Source: Camelus dromedarius
Taxonomy: Eukaryota
Length of the DNA: 64,000 nt
Assembly: GCF_036321535.1 (NCBI RefSeq)
Contig: NC_087445.1
Coordinates: 77,872,001 to 77,936,000, forward strand
Direction: 5' to 3'
Positions within the stretch are counted from its first letter, which is position 1, and each line of letters begins with the position of its first letter. The position numbers and the translations under genes are program-made. The notes under the pieces were generated by a model. It was not told where the DNA came from, did not search any database, and was given only the letters and a program-made list of their open reading frames with translations. Below, in pieces: positions 59,886 through 64,000 of the stretch.

Positions 59886-60999
59886 GGGCAGGTCCGGGTG
59901 GAGGCCCTGCGCCCTGCCTGGCGGGCTTGAGCCTGAGAGGCCCGGAGGGCTGCTCCCTCCAGCTCCTCACCCGCAGCCCCACCCCCACCTGACCCCAAGC
60001 AGGACGTGTGCTCCGCATGCACCTCCCACCGCAGACCTGGCTGCTGCGTCCTCACTGGCCTTCGCCCCTGCAGGGCACCCCCTCAACCCGTGGAACTCAG
60101 GGGCGGCCGTCAGAGGACCCCTAGCAGCGGCGATGGAATGAGGGTCTGTTGCCACCTTCTCCAGAGCCCCGCACCGTCCAGCACCCTGCCCACTACCCCC
60201 TACGCCGCCTCTCCCGCCAGCCCTGCTCCTTCCAGCTCCCACAGGGCCAGCCACTCCGGCGGCTGCCGACTTGGACGTCTACTGTTCCCCAGCCCCGCCG
60301 GAGGCGGGCTTCGCTACCTGCTTCCCTGCGAGGGGCCTCGTCTGCCCTTCCCCCCAGCTTGGCTTCTCAGATGAATGACAGGTCTGAACAGGAATTAAGC
60401 TGGGATTCTGGAACACGCCCTTCGCTGATTGTGTAAATAAAACTGCAGGATGGGGGGAAACGAGAAGAATTGGCGGAACCCACTGTCTCGTTTCTCACCT
60501 CCCCTCTCTGCGGCCCACTCCAATCTGCCTCCCAGATTCCAAGGAGTTTCCAGCCCCAGCGGCTCCCCCCGCTCCCCACTCCCCAGCACCTCCTTGGCCA
60601 GGGACAGGCAGCACCGGGAGAGCTGCTGCTCACTCCTCCTGGAAGCACGGCCCGCCCTGGGCTTGGCTGACCTCCCGTCCCCAGTCCCGGTGTTGTTCCT
60701 TGTACCCCTCTGGCCCCTCCTCCTCTGCTGGCTTCACTGCCCCACCGGCCAGCCCATCACACCAGGCTTTGGTCCCCACCTGTGCAGAGGGCAGGCTCCA
60801 GCCGGCAGATCTGGCTTCTCCTCCTCCCGGAGGCCCAGCAGGTCCAGATGCCACCCGCCCCTGCCCTCCATCCCCCACCAAGGCTGCGGGCCTCCTCCCC
60901 TAGTCGCTGTACCAGTCCCAGCTGCCTCCTTCTGTCCCCCTTCCTGGGGGCCCACCCCACCCCACTGCCTTTCCTGCCACACACAGACTTTGTCACTGC

Positions 61000-61460
61000 A
61001 CAGACCCTGCGTGCCACTTGCCTGCTGGAAACCCTCAGGGCCAGCCCTCTTCTTAGGACACAGCCTGTCCCCTGCCAGACCCCACCCCAGCCTCACCCTT
61101 GCTCTGGGCACCTCAGCCCCCCAGGGGTCCTTTAGTCCCCACAGTTGGCCACACTCACTCCCACCATCAGACTGTTCCCCCTGCTGGGAACCCTTCACCC
61201 TCCCCACACCTGGTAACACGTCTCATCCTTCAAAGCTGTGGTCACTCCCAGGAAGGCACTCTGACTCCAGAATCAGCGGGATGCTCCTGGGACACGGGGC
61301 TGTGCGTGGTGAGGGTCACATCCGTCACCCGAGGCCCCCAGGGCCCTTGGGCAGGGACCGAGTGCACACGGAGCGCTCAGTGCTATGTCCCAGCCCCAGC
61401 CCACAGCTGGCGCACCTGCGCCCAGCAGGCGCCCTGCACCAAGAGAATGAATGAATGAAC
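61000..61460 (+). mobile_element. L2 3' region
   Basis: TCATCCTTCAAAGCTG...TCACTCCCAGGAAGGCACTCTGACTCC...CACAGCTGGCGCACCTG...ending GAATGAATGAATGAA, the L2 tail. Confidence 0.6.
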
Positions 61461-62063
61461 CCCCGGGGGCGAGGCCCGCTGAGACACATGAGGCTCTCAC
61501 CTTGCTTACTGGGAATGGCTGGGAGGGTATTTGGGGACAGGGGATTCAGGACATAGGACAGGACAGCTGAGCCCCCACACTGTGCCAGGAACGTGCTGGA
61601 CCGTCCTGGTCCAGCTCTGAAGAACTCTGATCTGGAATCCACCCAACGCTTAGCAGCACCTCCCATGCACAGCTCCCGGGCATCTGGAATCCCAGGAACC
61701 CCGATCCACCTGACTGAAAGGAGGCAAGGGAGTGGAGTAGCCTCTGTCCTGCGTTGGCCTCTCTGCCTCCCCTCTGCCTGGACGCCTGCCGCTGACCCCT
61801 GTGTGAGCCCTCGGGTCTCCACTCCAACATCACTGCGGGTGAAGGCAGCGGGGACCCCATGCCGGGAGTTAGGGCCCCGCCCCCGGCAACCTTGCCCAGA
61901 CTTATTTTCTTGTCCATCGCAGCCTCAAATTACCTTCGCCTTTTCTTTACCTAATTTCTCCTTATCGCCCCTCCGCCCACACTAGAGCTGTCTGCTCCAG
62001 GCCAGCAGGTATTCTGGGTCCTGCATCCCTTGGGCACTCAAACTCAAATGAGTTTCTTGAATG

Positions 62064-62135
62064 ACCAGGGCTGAGCCTGGGGCCGGGACCGGGGCTGAGT
62101 CTGGGGCCAGGACCGGGGCTGGGCCTGGGGCTGAG
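62064..62135. repeat. 24-bp tandem repeat, about 3 copies (ACCGGGGCTGAGYCTGGGGCCRGG)
   Basis: Units start at 62064, 62088 and 62112. Confidence 0.8.
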
Positions 62136-64000
62136 GCCAGGGCTCAGCAAGGGCCCCCCGGCTGAGAGGAGGAATCTTCCTGGAGCAGCCAGGCGCTGCC
62201 ACTCACGTGGTCCTCTGCTGTGCCGGGAGCAGCGAGGTATTTTGAACAGTTGCCCGACGCGATCCCCCATAAAGCCATAAAGCAGAAACTGACTTTGAAA
62301 TGGCCCTTTCTCCGCCTGTATCCTGGGACATAAATTTAAATAAAACGGCAATTTAAATGCCTGCGACACCGAGGCGGCGGCATGGTGCTGTCTCTCTGGG
62401 CTGCGTGGGGAGACAGACTGCTGCCCTAAGCCCATCGCCCTGCGCCACATGGGCGAAGGTCGGCGCTGGGGCAGCGGGGAGGGCGGGCAGCCTCGGCAGA
62501 CGGGACGGACACCTGGGACCTGCACCTCCCCCTCCGCCGGTCCCGTTCCCGGGAGGACAGGACAGCCGCTGGGTCACGGGAGGGAGGGGCTGCTGCTCCG
62601 TCGCCCTGTGTCCACCTGGGAAGACGGGGGAACGCACGTCTGTCTCGTACACTGTGAGACTGCAGGCGTGGCGGACCCCCCATCCGCAGCGAGTGCTCGT
62701 GAATCCCCGCGTGCGTCCGCGCTGTGGGAGCCCGCCGGGCGCCCTAACTGGGCCCTCACCGACCTGACTCGCGCGTGTGCCGTGGCGTGCCCCGGGCTCT
62801 GCCTCGGCGGGGCTGGGAGGGCCTGACATGGTGGGTTTCTAACCCATTTCCAGCCAGTGCTGCTGGCGCGGGGACCACCCTCCGAGACCCGCTGCGCTAG
62901 GGAAAGCTCGCCCGGGCTGTGTGGGGTCACGCGCAGGGCTGGGACTGAGGAAGGAGGGCGAAGTGGAGGGTCTGTCTGGGATCCAGGCCGGAGAAGATCG
63001 GGGAGCCTGCTGGGGTGGGAGCAGGCAGGAGGGAGGGGCCACCTGCCTTGGAGCAGCCCCCGCCCCAGCCCGGCCCACGCAGAGCCCCTTCGGTCCACGC
63101 TGAGCAGGGCACCCAAACCAACGGCGGCCTGGCCTCGGGCTCCTGCCACGCGCTCCGCCCTCACAACACAGCCTAGGTGCACAGCTCCACTTGCACGTGG
63201 ACAGACCAACGCTCAGAAGGGCGGGGGCCCACGGAAGGCGGGGAGACCCTCCCGGCCAGCGCACGGCCGCAGCTCACCAAGTCCAAATCCCAAGCTTCCT
63301 TCCCAAACCTCCCTGCCCAGCGCTTCTCCCTGCAAGCTGGGCGGCTGCACTTCTGGCCTGGTCCCAAGTCCTGGTCCCAGCACTTGGGACTATAGGCCAA
63401 GCCCACGGTGCCCTTGATCCGGTGCCAACAAGCCTGGGCCAGTGCCCCTCCCCTCCCCTCGGTCCTCCGGATAGCCAGGCCTCCCTGTTCCTGCCTCCAT
63501 GGTGCAGCCCCAGAGGACGACGGCCGTCAGGACACCCCTCTTTCAGAAGCATCTCGGCTTTTATGGGCGGCCTTTGCCAAGGTCTGCAGCCTGGTGCTGA
63601 CAAGCAGTGCAAGTCACCAACAGCGAGGAAGGAACCTGGTTCCAGGGATGAGCTCCCAGGGCCTGTAGCAGGAGGGCATGGGGGCAGCCCGGGGACATGG
63701 GTGGGAGGTGAGGGCAGGAGCCAGTGGTCAGGAGGGGCTACGGGCTGGAAAAGGACAGGGGTGACTAGGGGAACCTAAAAAACCAGCCAGCGAGGAGTAA
63801 GGCAGCACGGAGCTCCCCGAGGAACAGCGGCGGGCGTGCGCTCAGTGGTGTGTGTTCTCAGGCACATGCCCTCAAGGGGCTTGCAGAGGGCTTTGCAAAC
63901 AGGAAGGACTTACTGGTCATTAAGAAAGCCATCAGCAGAGTCGAGAACAGTCTGCAGAACTGAGGGTCCTGGGCCCGCCAAGGGCGGCGCTGCATCTGGA

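Noticed and set aside
62367-62390. REST/RE1-like sequences (here, and CTGAGCACCATGGCC at about 49091 in exon B)
   Set aside because: Only the left half-site matches and the GGACAG half is degenerate. Too weak to call without a PWM scan or ChIP data.

Overview
GC- and CpG-rich mammalian genomic DNA, most likely camelid because a tRNA-derived SINE at 54090 matches my recollection of the camelid Vic-1 family. The only protein-coding gene I can support is the 5' half of OLFM1 (olfactomedin-1/noelin-1/pancortin) on the + strand: alternative first exon A (37069-37134), alternative first exon B (49068-49217) and the shared exon M1 (51186-51335). All have GT-AG boundaries in phase 0, and each first exon sits in its own CpG island. 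The remaining OLFM1 exons (second M exon, Y, Z/olfactomedin domain) are not visible. A 200-N placeholder gap at 55337-55536 interrupts the next intron, and the 8.5 kb after it may not be contiguous. The rest is intergenic or intronic sequence with MaLR LTRs, an ERV-like solo LTR carrying a 7x CCAAT array, MER20, MER53, L2, MIR, a roughly 4 kb decayed L1 with nested younger L1 pieces, and simple repeats. Nearly all ORFs in the supplied track look like GC-rich noise. I found no convincing new gene system. The best leads are regulatory or mobile-element oddities: an in-frame strong-Kozak uORF before exon B, a bipartite L1 5'+3' mini-element, the CCAAT-amplified LTR, and the truncation of OLFM1 at the gap. 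Repeat family names come from remembered consensus sequences, not from a database search.
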